Assembly: GCF_036971445.1 (NCBI RefSeq)
Contig: NC_091473.1
Coordinates: 207,638,001-207,702,000, forward strand
DNA: 64,000 nt
DNA from: Narcine bancroftii
Taxonomy: Eukaryota
Direction of reading: 5' to 3'
This document shows, piece by piece, positions 50,326 through 60,829 of this stretch. The stretch's first letter is position 1. Every line of letters begins with the position of its first letter. Made by a program: the position numbers and the translations under genes. Below the pieces are notes generated by a model. The model made no database searches. It was not told the DNA's origin and worked only from the letters and a program-made list of their open reading frames with translations.

Positions 50326-50748
50326 CTGTAAAACAATGCAATGTTAATGCAATATTACTGATGGCATAACTGGCCACAGTGTAGGTGGACTCCATTCCCC
50401 AACTCCATTTGCAAATGCCCCAACAGCAGCCCACTCTACAAATCTGATCATTACAGATGGCCTGTCGTAGGATGGATCCTATCGTGAGATGTTGGGTAGA
50501 GCTGTGATTGGGAGATCAAGGTGTACAACACAGGCCTCCCCAGCATTATGTCCCACACTGCAGTGTTGAGGGGGTTGAACGAGGAAGTGGCCTGTGTGGG
50601 CAGACTATTGGTGATCTGATTGTTTGGTGGAATGGCTGACTCCAGATCCTGTGGATATGAGCAGATGGGGTAGAACAGGACATTAGGGAAGCACAATATT
50701 GAGGACAATCAAAAAGAAGAACAGATGGACAAGAGGAAATTATTTGGT

Positions 50749-50754
50749 TTTAAT
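50749..50754 (-). terminator. Candidate poly(A) signal for the post-CH1 terminal exon
   Basis: ATTAAA ~60 nt after the stop, followed by a T/GT-rich downstream tract (TTTCCTCTTGTCCATCTGTTCTTCTTTTTGATTGT). Confidence 0.5.
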
Positions 50755-50815
50755 GGCAATGATTTGCTCACATCTTAGAGGTGATGGATAAAGGTGAGTG
50801 GGGGATGTTGATTCT

Positions 50816-50940
50816 TCAGTTCCCTTCACAAGGAGTGTGAGTTTTGCAGGAACAGTGACTAATGTCTGTCTGGTTCCGTGTGGAGGAGCTAATCTGGGGG
50901 GTGATGCTTGGGCCAGGTGGTGGGGATGGTGCAGAGTCTT
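50816..50940 (-). CDS. Candidate hinge-like, Cys-containing terminal exon between CH1 and CH2
   Basis: Acceptor CTCATTTATCTAATTTCAG|. Phase 1 from CH1 gives KDSAPSPPPGPSITPQISSSTRNQTDISHCSCKTHTPCEGN*. Confidence 0.6.
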
Positions 50941-51237
50941 CTGAAATTAGATAAATGAGTGGATACAATGGAGGCTGTTCAGCACAGATTATTTCCTGTA
51001 CATTCCACCAAAATTCAGTTTCATTGACTGGAGGAAACTGCCTCATTCTCCGTCTATTTCCACCTAATTTCTCTCTGCCTTTTTTGTGCGCTACAGCAGC
51101 ACTGGCTTGTAGGAATGGAAGAAATGAGTAAAGGAATGAATGGACATCCTTGAACATTTTTTGACAAAGGTTCCTGCTCTAGTTTTATCTCTCGACAGTA
51201 ATGTAGTTTCAAATAGCAAATCAAATCTCATACTAAC

Positions 51238-51552
51238 TTTCAGCGAATATTGGTTTTGTGCTTGCTGTCACGAACTCGGTTGACTTGTACCCTGCCTTGC
51301 AGTAGTAGATATTGTTGCTTTTCCAATCCGCCGCAGGGACTCGGAGCAAGCTGCTCATTGTGTACTTTGCATTCTGCCCCAACACTGCTGGATATTTCTT
51401 GATTCCGTTGGTGATGTCCCCACTGGCAGTGGACCATTTCTGGATGATGCTCTCAGGCTGATAATCCTTGACCAGACACAGGAGGCTGATCACTTGGTCA
51501 GATTCTCTGTGGCAGGGAGGGGCGATGAAGACTGACGGTAATGACTCAACCT
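51238..51552 (-). CDS. IgW: IgW CH1
   Basis: Acceptor TACTTTTCAG|, 315 nt, donor GAAA|GTTAGT. Encodes EVESLPSVFIAPPC (light-chain Cys) ...LLCLVKDYQPESIIQKW...YTMSSLLRV...YYCKAGY, an omega-type CH1. Confidence 0.93.
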
Positions 51553-54500
51553 CTGAAAAGTAAATAAATTCACAGACAGTCCTGTCAATAAATGCATGAC
51601 CAACAGATGAAGCAAACATCCAATGTCATTTCCAAATTCATTTACCGTGTTACAGAAATTGCTTCCCGACTTATGTCTCAACAGAGAGTATATGTCTCTG
51701 AGGGAGAAAGGCATGGAATAATCCAAGGAACAGCAAAAGGCAGCTCGGTTAGTGTAGTGGTAGCACAACGCTGTTACACCACCACCAACTGGGGTTCAAA
51801 TCTGGCGCTGTCTATAAGGAGTTTGTACGTTTTCCCTGTGTGTGTGTGGGTTTCCTCCAACCATTCAAATTGTACCAGGGTGTGTAGTTCAATTGGGTGT
51901 ATTTGGGTGGGACAGGCTCGTGGGGTGAAAACACTTGTTACCGTGCTATATGTCTAAATTTAATATTCAAAAATCCCACAGAGGAGATTTAAGCATGGCA
52001 TATAAGGTGACTCTCTCCTGCAGTACTGAGGCAGTGACCCAATGTCTGACGTGTGGGATTTTGATCAAAGTTGCACCAAATCTCTCCCTCAAATGCAACG
52101 AATGATCCTCAGTGAATGTTTTGCACCAGAATATTGTTCACAGAAAAAAGGAAGAATTTGGCAGGAAGGTTATTGTATAAATCAGAACATTTCACCGGTA
52201 ATGTTTTTGCATGGAATGAAGTTACACCGGCCTGAATACCTGAACCTCGTCAATATGAAATGTGTGATATGGTGGCACCTGGGGACTCTTCTTCTGAAAT
52301 TCAATTGAACTGACCCCACAGTGAATTTGTTCCTGCTTTACAGGTTTTCCAAATGTAGTGGCAGAGGAGCTTGATGAAGCAGGAGGGAATGTTAACATGG
52401 ATAAGAAAGGAATTTGGAAATCCATTAGCCCAGTCCTGAGTAAATGCAGGAATCTTGGAAGGTTGAAAGGTTCACGGAATACACAGCTCCCAGTGTCCAG
52501 AGAGGAAATGCACAAGTTAAGAGGCAGAATCTACTTGAAAGATCTGGTTCTCATTTGACTGGAAAAGTGCAACCAATGATCATGTGGTTACTTCAGCTAA
52601 TTCCTGGGCATTAATGGGTGCTTAGGTTTTCATTACTTTAATCTTCTCAATGGCTTGAAAAGTTGTGAATCATTTCTTAATGTTCAGTGTGTGACAAACG
52701 ACATCTCCTCTATTTCGTCCACATCTGCTCCAACTCCCCCTCTCCTCTTCTCCACATTTTCCACTTCTCCAGCCTCTCCATTCAACAGATCAACCTTGGT
52801 GATTTCTGCCACCTTCAATGAGCTTCCACCACCAGGTGCATCTTCCCCTTCCCTTCCATTTCAGTGCTCTGAAGGGACTGTTTTCCTTGCACCTCCCTTG
52901 GCCACTTTTCATCTCCACATTTCACTCCCCTTACAGCACTCTCCCTGCAACCACAACACTTGCTTTTTCCCCTCTTTCCTCACTCTCCATGGATTGTTTA
53001 CAAATAAAGGGATATCCAGCAAGTGGGATTCCAAATGTGAGATAGGTGGACTTCAGGACCAACATGATCCTGTTAAAACGCAGGATAAAACTGGTAGGAG
53101 GAGGGAACCTTGGACAATGAGGGATTTCAAGGATCTGGTCATGGAAAGACAAGGAGGCACATGGACAAGTTGGGTTGAAGGGTTGGTTTCTGAGCTATGA
53201 CTCCATGACAGATTTGATAGCAGGAGATTTTGTTTTGGCCCATTGTCAGAATTATCTGGAGCAGAGTTGTGGGCAAGACTAGTCTTGGCCACCAAAATAG
53301 AGTCACAGAGTCAGAGAGGGTTGAAACAGTCCCTTTGGCCCTACTTGCATGCACTGACCAGAATGTCTGACCCACACTCATCCCACCTGCCTGCTTTTCA
53401 TGTCTTTCCCTCCAAATTTATCCATGTATCAATCCACATTTTTCTTAAAACATGCCTCAACTTCCTCTTCTGCCAGCCCATTCCATACAGCCACCACCCT
53501 CTGTTTAAAAAAGTTATGCCTCATGTTCTATTGGATATATTCTGCGAATGAAAGGATAGTGAGCAAACTTTGGCCAAGATTTCAATTAGGTGGAAAATAA
53601 AATTACAAAATATTTACTTCACAATAGTTTCCTCCAGTAGATGGAGGTGAAATGTTGAACTGCAGTGCACAATGGTGCAGGAGAAACTCAGCAGGTCACT
53701 CAGCACTGATGGGAAGTAAAGGGTAACCAGCATTTCAGCCCTGAACCCTTTGTCAAGGTAATGAACAAAAAGCAGTGTTGATATCTTGCTTCAAAGACAT
53801 TATTCAACCAGATAGCAATGGCCATGATTCCCAGGTGTCAGCTTCTCTGAGGATCTGTCCTGGAGCCTCCATTTTGATGCAACCACAAAGAAGGTTCCCC
53901 AGTACCTATACAACCCAGACCTGTGTTGTGGTGAAGTGTCACAGGACAGGAGGTAGCTGGACCATAACTACACTCAATGGGCTGAATGGCGCTGGTCTGG
54001 CCTGCTATTGGGACTCTCCCCACCCTGCCACACAGGAAAAGGTGGGACCTGGCTGGGCCTCAGGATGTTGGAGACCTGCAGTGAGGAGCACCAAGACCTC
54101 AACACCCTATGGTTTCATTTCTGGGTCTCTGGGCCAAGAACACCCTGACACAAAGCAAACCTGGGTTAGCAAAGCTGTCATGTAACATAACAAATTTAAA
54201 TGTCTGAAACATAAAAACTGACGTAAATTCTGCCACAAAAGGTACTTTGTTTAAAATAAGCGATCTACAGTTCACTGAAACCACAAAATGTACCCCGAAG
54301 TCCTTCATCACAAATGATCTTCCCAGATCTGCCGACCGAGAGTTCCCAGATGAATGGGGACTGTGAGCCTTTACCAGGCCAAACTTGGTAGGGAATCATA
54401 GTGTTGGAATCCCTCTTGTAATCCTGGGAAGCCCAGCTCCATGTGGAGAAGTGTGGTGAATGGCCCACTACATCTCAGTAAACTCTGTACAGTGGGTCTG

Positions 54501-55294
54501 TGCATGTCCAGGACTAACTGTAGTGCACGTGGCTGCACACTGTTGGTTCCCTTTGGAACTGCCACTCACTGCCAGCACTGTCTGATCCTGGTGAGCCTCA
54601 GCTTCATAAGGAGTCAGTAATTCAAGTAAAGGATGATCTGAGGAACCTCACTGCTCTTCATTGATGTCAGCCTTTAGTAATACAGGGATTCCTGGAGCAA
54701 AGAACTGGGATCATCTGGATGCCCTCCAGCCAATCAATGTCTGTCCATTCATCCACAGCAGAGTCATTCTTCAGCAGAGGAGTCCCCAGTGGAGGAGAAC
54801 TTTGGGAACTCGGGTCCCTCCCGACATCACTAAAGCAGACCGTCTGGACTTTTTCCTGGTTCCGTTTGTGGGACCAAGCTGCAGACAAGTTGGGTACAAT
54901 GTGTCTGCACCTCAAGGGCTAGGGAAGAGTTTGGGATGTTTTGGGGATATGAAAATCAATGAAAAACACAAATGAACTTTCACCAAATAAAAGGGTCAAA
55001 ATAAAAATGAAAGAGGCTGGGTGTCAAAAATCTGACTGAAGGACTTTAATGAAAGGCCATTGATGTAAAATATAATCTCTGTGTCCCTTCCCACAGAGGA
55101 TCGGAGAGCTGCCAAGTGTCTCTGGTGGAGAGGCACAATGTCAGTGAGTGGGATTTACATCCAAGGTTCTTCTACATCCCAAGATCTGCAGATTGTAAGT
55201 GCAATTTAATAGGGATCAGTGTTCTGAATGATGGTCAGGAGGTGAACTTGGAAAACACATCAAATCGTCAGCAGGGAGTCAAGTGTAGAGGGTT

Positions 55295-56120
55295 AGAAGC
55301 TGAGTGGGTCAGCAGGATGCTGGGATGGAGAGGGGAGAAGTGCTTGGTGGGACAGCAAGGTGCTGGGATGGAGGATGAGGAGCTGGGTGGGGCAGCGGGG
55401 TGCTGGGATGGAGAGGGAGGAGCTGGGTGGGACAGCAGGGTGCTGGGGTGGAGAGGCGAGAAGAGCTGGGTGGGTCAGCAAGATACTGGGGTGGAGAGGC
55501 GAGAAGTGCTTGGTGGGACAGCATAGTGCTAGGATAGAGGGGGAGGAGCTGGGTGGGACAGCAGGGTGTTGGAGTGGATGGGGGAGAGGAGCCCATTGGA
55601 CAGCAGGATAATGGGGTGGAGGGGAGATTTTCTGGGTGGGACAGCAGGGTGCTGGTGTGGAGAGGGGAGAGGTGCTGGGATGGAGGGGAGGAGCTGGGTG
55701 GGACAGTGGGGTGCTGAGATGGAGGGGAGGAGCTGGGTTGGACAGCAGGGTGCTGGAGAGGAGAGGTGAGAGGTGCTGGGTGGGTTAGCAGGATGCTGGG
55801 ATGGAGAGAGAAGTGCTTGGTGGGACACCAGTGTTCTGGGGTGGAGAGGGGACAGGAGGTGGGAAGTACAGCAGTGTGCTGGGGTGGAGATGGGAGAGGT
55901 GCTGGGTGGGTCAGCATAGAGTTAGGATAGAGGGGGGTGGAGCTGGGTGGGACAGCAGAGTGCTGGACTGAAATGGGTAGAGGAGCCCATTGGATAGCAG
56001 GGTGCTGGAGTGGAGGTGACAGGAGCTGGGTGGAACTGCAGGGTGCTGGGGTGGAGGTGACAGGAGCTGAATGGGACAACAGGGTGCTGGGGTGGAGGTG
56101 GGTTTGATAACACAGTGCTG
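55295..56120. repeat. G-rich ~40-bp tandem repeat in the J-CH1 intron (switch-region-like)
   Basis: About 20 degenerate units of GGAGCTGGGTGGGACAGCAGGGTGCTGGGGTGGAGAGGG. Confidence 0.9.
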
Positions 56121-56614
56121 GATTTTCCAAAAGAATAACCTGGGGATGTGGTTTGCAGCTCGGTTTGGATTCGGCCTCATCTCAGGAAGTGGAAAGAACA
56201 TCAGAAAAATTAGGCATTTTGACTCTAAACTCTGAGCCATGTTAATACATAATGTGGACTGAAATGCTTAGAGTTCTCGAGCATCTCTAAATATTGCAAT
56301 TCAAGAGAAAAGAGAAAGCAAATTTGTTCAGCTGAAAAATCACATCTCAACCGGGTTCACTGGAACCCTGGGGTTATTCAGACTTTAACCGGATCACACA
56401 TGTGCAGACCTTTTCCCCAGCCAGGTCTTATCTAACAGTTATAACCACGAAAGCAGCCGACAGGAAACCCCGATTCCAGTAACTGGAGAAACCGCCCGTC
56501 TCGGGGAGATTCAAGTAATTGCTTCAATATCTCACTGGCCTCAGTGAATCAGCTCAAAGGGCAAATTAATAAAATACAAATGGGAAAGGGTAGAATGGAG
56601 AAGTAGGGTCTTAC

Positions 56615-56659
56615 CTGAAGTCACTGTCAGCGAGGTTCCTTTCCCCCAGTAGTCGAGCG
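56615..56659 (-). CDS. IGHJ: JH gene segment
   Basis: Encodes LDYWGKGTSLTVTS (WGxG motif); donor TCAG|GTAAGA. Confidence 0.97.
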
Positions 56660-56698
56660 CACACTGCTCCGTCTCCCGACTCACCCAATACAGTAACT
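56660..56698 (+). other. JH recombination signal (23-bp spacer)
   Basis: CACACTG - 23 nt - ACAGTAACT. Confidence 0.88.
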
Positions 56699-57037
56699 TC
56701 ACTGAGCCGTCACCTCCAGTTATCTCAGCCAAGTGTCAGAATGAACCCTGTCCGGACCAGGAGCAGCCGCTTCCCAAATCTCTGTCACCAACTCCGTCCT
56801 CGTCTCTTCCTGACGAGCGAATAAAAGCAGCATTTTGGGCAGTTTTCCTGTCTGCGGGCACCGGCTCCCCCGCCCCGCGAGAAACTCAGTCGCCGGCTTT
56901 GGGGTGTTTAATTGCCCGCAAATGGACATTTCCTCAAACAGCCGCAGTCAGGCTTCGGGGATGTGACCCTGGGAAGCAGCAATGCGGGATCCGTGGAGAC
57001 AGACTGCGCTGCAGACGCTCATTTGTCGGGCGGGACC

Positions 57038-57109
57038 AGTTTCTGCTCAGCTCCCTACCACCGTGACACTCCAGCTAGAGTCACGGTGACACACCGCCGT
57101 TCAACAACC
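57038..57109 (-). other. IGHD: DH segment (57066-57081, ACTCTAGCTGGAGTGT) flanked by two 12-bp-spacer RSSs
   Basis: J-side RSS CACGGTG-12-GCAGAAACT (minus, 57065-57038). V-side RSS CACGGTG-12-TCAACAACC (plus, 57082-57109). Confidence 0.9.
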
Positions 57110-57420
57110 TCCGTCCCTCGCTCTGTCTCCGACCCCACTCTCCCCTCAGTTAAACCGTCCCGACACTGTCCCGGCTCACAGATCCCCTCCCATCCACACT
57201 GGCCAGGGGGCTGGGGCCGCCGCTTCGTGCTCCTGGTTCCGATACTCCAGTCCCATCCGCGGCGCTTGGCTCCGACCTGTTCTGTGATCGATCCCCTCGT
57301 CCTTCAACCACTCGCCTCCTATTGCAGGGAGGGCCGACGGGGGCACAGCAAGGCCGGGAATCCCTGTGGTGATCACTGCTGCCCTCTCACTCAGCGCCCT
57401 GAGGGCAGGCGCTCTCGCTG

Positions 57421-57459
57421 GGTTTTTGCAGCGGTCCAGCCCCGCTTCCTCTCGCCGTG
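57421..57459 (-). other. VH recombination signal (23-bp spacer)
   Basis: CACGGCG - 23 nt - GCAAAAACC immediately after YYCARD. Confidence 0.92.
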
Positions 57460-57757
57460 TCTCTCGCACAGTAATAGGTGGCCGTGTCTTCCACTTTCAG
57501 CTTGTTCATTTGTAGGTAGAAGTTGTTACTTCGCTTGGAAGCGGTGAATCTGTCTTGGATTCCAGGCGCGTAATACTTGTAACTTTCGCTATAATACCAC
57601 ACCAACCATTCCAGCCCTTTCCCGGAGACCTGTTTCACCCAGTGCATGGAGTTGCTGCTGAGATCGAACCCTCTGGTCTCACAGGTCAGTCTGTAGGACT
57701 CCCCGGGCTTCTTCACCGCTGACGCGACCTGTGTCAGGACGACGTCGGACCGCACGC
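57460..57757 (-). CDS. IGHV: VH exon (IgW-type variable segment, unrearranged)
   Basis: Acceptor CTTTTACTGACAG|, encoding [10 protein letters not shown]...[11 protein letters not shown]...[15 protein letters not shown]...RFTASK...[11 protein letters not shown]. Confidence 0.97.
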
Positions 57758-57866
57758 CTGTCAGTAAAAGAGAAAAGAGTGGATTTTAATGATCGGTTCA
57801 ACGGCGAGAGAGTCTCCGAGAAGCAGCCGGGCCCGGCCGGGCTGGGTGAAGACACGGGGCACCCAC

Positions 57867-57912
57867 CTGCCAGACAGGACAGAAAGAGAAAGAGATAAGG
57901 AGCGATCCCCAT
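57867..57912 (-). CDS. IGHV: VH leader exon
   Basis: ATG...MGIAPYLFLFLSCLA G|GTGGGT; 109-nt intron to the V exon; hydrophobic signal peptide. Confidence 0.93.
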
Positions 57913-57994
57913 CGCCCCGCGCACTGAGCCAGACTTGGACACTCCACAGATCGGCGGCTTCAGCTCAGACCGGCTTTGTCGGGAGCTGCAGTGA

Positions 57995-58150
57995 GCGCTG
58001 TTTAAATGGGGAAGGGGCCAGTGAGAGGGAGAGAGGGAACCGCGGCTTGAACAGGCTCCCACCCACTGAAACCAGAGGGGCAGCTTCCTGTCCCCGCCCC
58101 CAGCAGAGATTTCAGTTCCCCAAAAGATGTTTGTCTGTGCAACAGGTGCA
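57995..58150 (-). promoter_or_regulatory. Putative VH promoter (octamer-less)
   Basis: TATA-like ATTTAAA at ~58001-58007, Ets core CAGGAAG at ~58084-58090, GC box GGGGCGGGG at 58092-58100, E-box CAGGTG at 58143-58148. Confidence 0.5.
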
Positions 58151-58209
58151 GGCCAGTGGTCATGATAAGATCCGGATTAAAGATCTATCATACTTTTCAA
58201 TTCACTCAT

Positions 58210-58640
58210 ATACCCCTGAGAGAGAGGGACTGGTCAGTGTTCAGATATCCCCTCAACCCCCAACCCCCAGAGAGAAGGACAGAGAGACACAGGTCAGTGT
58301 TCTGATATCCCCTGAAGGAGAGGTACTGAGAGACACAGGTCAGTGTTCTGATATCCCCCTGAGAGAGATGAACTGAGAGACACTGGACAGTGTTCAGATA
58401 TGCCCACCACCCCCACCCCCCAGAGAGAAGGACTGAGATACACCAGTCAGTGTCCGATATCCCCCCGAGAGAGAGGGACTGTGTACAGATCTTCCCGTGA
58501 GTGACAAAGAGAGACATCGGTCAGTGTACAGATATCTCCAAGAAAAAATAAATGAGAGATACCAGTGAGTATATGAATACCTCGCAATAGACAGGAATTG
58601 AGAGGCAATGTTCAGTGTACAAATATCCCCCTGAGAGAGG
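58210..58640. repeat. Degenerate minisatellite upstream of the VH promoter
   Basis: Repeated GAGAGACAC.GGTCAGTGTTC.GATATCCCC units. Confidence 0.8.
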
Positions 58641-60829
58641 GGAAAATTTAGAAGAAACATCAGGGGCCTTTATTTTTACACACAGAGTGGTGTGTGTCTG
58701 GAATGGAGACTGGTACCATCAGAACATTTGAAAGACTTCAAAAGAAAGATTGTGGATTACAGATATGAGGTGGGAAAAGGCCCTGTACTGTGCTATATCG
58801 TTCTATGTTAAATCAGGGCTTGATCACAGACAGCAAAGTACTTTTTGAAGTGGAGTGACTGTTGTCTTGGAGGGACGCTGGGACCCAAATTGTACAAAGC
58901 AAGTTTCTGAACATCAAAGAAATAAAGAGAGCAGACAAGCTATTTCAGTGATGCTGGTTGAGGGATCGATGTTGGCAAGGATGATGGAAAATTTCCAAAA
59001 CCTACATCCACTTCACATGACAGGCATGCTCTCAGTTCACTGCTTCTTCAGATGGGCAGACCACCTTCAGTCCTGTGCTGGGAGGGCCAGACTGCAGAAA
59101 GGGCTCCAGTCACTGGAGTGGGACCTCAACCCACTGCCATTGACACAAGCTGGCTGTGACCTCACTGGTGAAGGTGAAATTGATACAGGCAGAATCCATA
59201 CATGTTGTTGGAGGTCCCCAGGACAACTCTGTTACATCCTCAGCTCTCACCGTGGAACCAGTTGATCCAGGACAGTGGGAAATACAAAAACATGAGAGAC
59301 AGAGAGAGGAGAAGCCCATCCAGCCCCACATACTCTCTCCATCAATCAGTGAGATCATTGTTCACATTTGACCTCAGGGCCATTTCTAGGCATAAACTCA
59401 CATCTGTTGAAACATTCATGTCTCAAAGTCCATTTATTGCAGCCTCAAATGGAGTCAGGGACTGACTCTGGATCCAGAATTTCAAGAATTTCACAGATTC
59501 ACTCCACTCTGGGTGAAGACATTCTCATCTTCTCGGTGATAGAACTATGTGACTATGAACCTTGGTTCTCGACACCCCACCAGCAGAAACATCACCTCAA
59601 AATTTATCCTGCCAAGTCTCTCACTAATATCAGATATTTTAATGAGGTCACACACCCTGTTCCAAACTCTGGAAAGCAGAGAAGCAGCCTGCTTCATGCT
59701 TAACATACAACAAGCCCACATCCCAGAACTCAATCCCTGCACTCCCTCAATCACGTTGATCCTTCCTTCAGAGCTGTAATCCTTATTCCAAATATTGTGT
59801 CAGAAGGGCTCTCAAAAATTGGAGCAACTTTCCTCTGCTCCTCTACTCAAATCTTCTTCCAATAATCACTGTCTCACCTGCATTTTAACTTCAGTGATTC
59901 TTGTGCAAGAGCACCCACATCCCTCTGACCTTTCGTTCTCTCACTTTGTAAACAATACTCTGAATTTGTATTTTTGTTTCCAAAGTGGACGAGCTCACAT
60001 TTTCCACATTCAATTTTCCAGTGTCTGAGACGTGAATCCTTGCTGTACACTTGCTGATAGCCCACACTAAGTCCTGTTGTGTTATCAGTCGCTGTACCTC
60101 TCCTTCAGACTGAATGCCAGTTAATGAAGAGGACAAAGGCTGTGTAGTTCACCGGAAATCATGGCTTTTATTAGTAGAAACTAAGTAATACAATAAGGAA
60201 TGATAATGGGTGCAAACACAGTTATAACCAAGGGGAGAGTCTTTAGTGGTAGAGATAATACACGTCTAATGTCAGTAAAGAAGACTAAGCACAGTGAAAG
60301 ACTGACAGCATGACACAGATTCATCACACAGGCCCTGTTAGTTTCCCCTTAAATACATCTCCATCATTCTCTTCAGCCATCTCCTGTAGCAACAAGTTCC
60401 TCCATCTCAGGTGCTTGGGGACAAGCGTTCTTCAAATTCCCCATCACATTTCTTGCTGGCTCTCTGACAATGTTGCCCAGGTTGGGAGAGTGAGCTGAAC
60501 ACTTTGCCCCTTGAGCTTACTCAGCCATCCATGGGATCACGACTGATCTCACTCTAAGCTCAACTCCGCAATTCCACTATTCATCCCTTGCTTTTCAGGT
60601 ACCCACCTCCCTCTGCCTTCACAAATATCCAAACACCGTGCTTCCATTGTCCTGGAAGGATATCATTCCAAAGACCTGATCTCTGTTTTAATTTGGCAAT
60701 CCTTTACTTTTAAGCACTGATCCCTAGTTCCAGAATCTCCCACATCACCCTGCCATTATCCCTCAGGATTTTAGACATTTCAATCAATTCATCCCATTCT
60801 TCTAGATTCCAGCAAATGTAAGCCTAACA

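Noticed and set aside
56111-56117. Perfect heptamer CACAGTG in the J-C intron
   Set aside because: No nonamer at 12 or 23 bp and no adjacent gene segment.
55116-56240. Long Pro/His-rich and Gly-rich ORFs (up to 273 aa)
   Set aside because: Artefacts of the G-rich tandem repeat.
57164-57204. CACTGTC-ccggct-CACAGAT as a possible second D segment
   Set aside because: One heptamer lacks the essential CAC, and no acceptable nonamer lies at 12 or 23 bp on either side.
43616-57912. IgM or IgNAR assignment
   Set aside because: Six C domains before the tailpiece, a Cys-rich tail after CH2, a conventional VH with FR2/CDR2 and a light-chain-binding CH1 fit IgW rather than 4-domain IgM or IgNAR.
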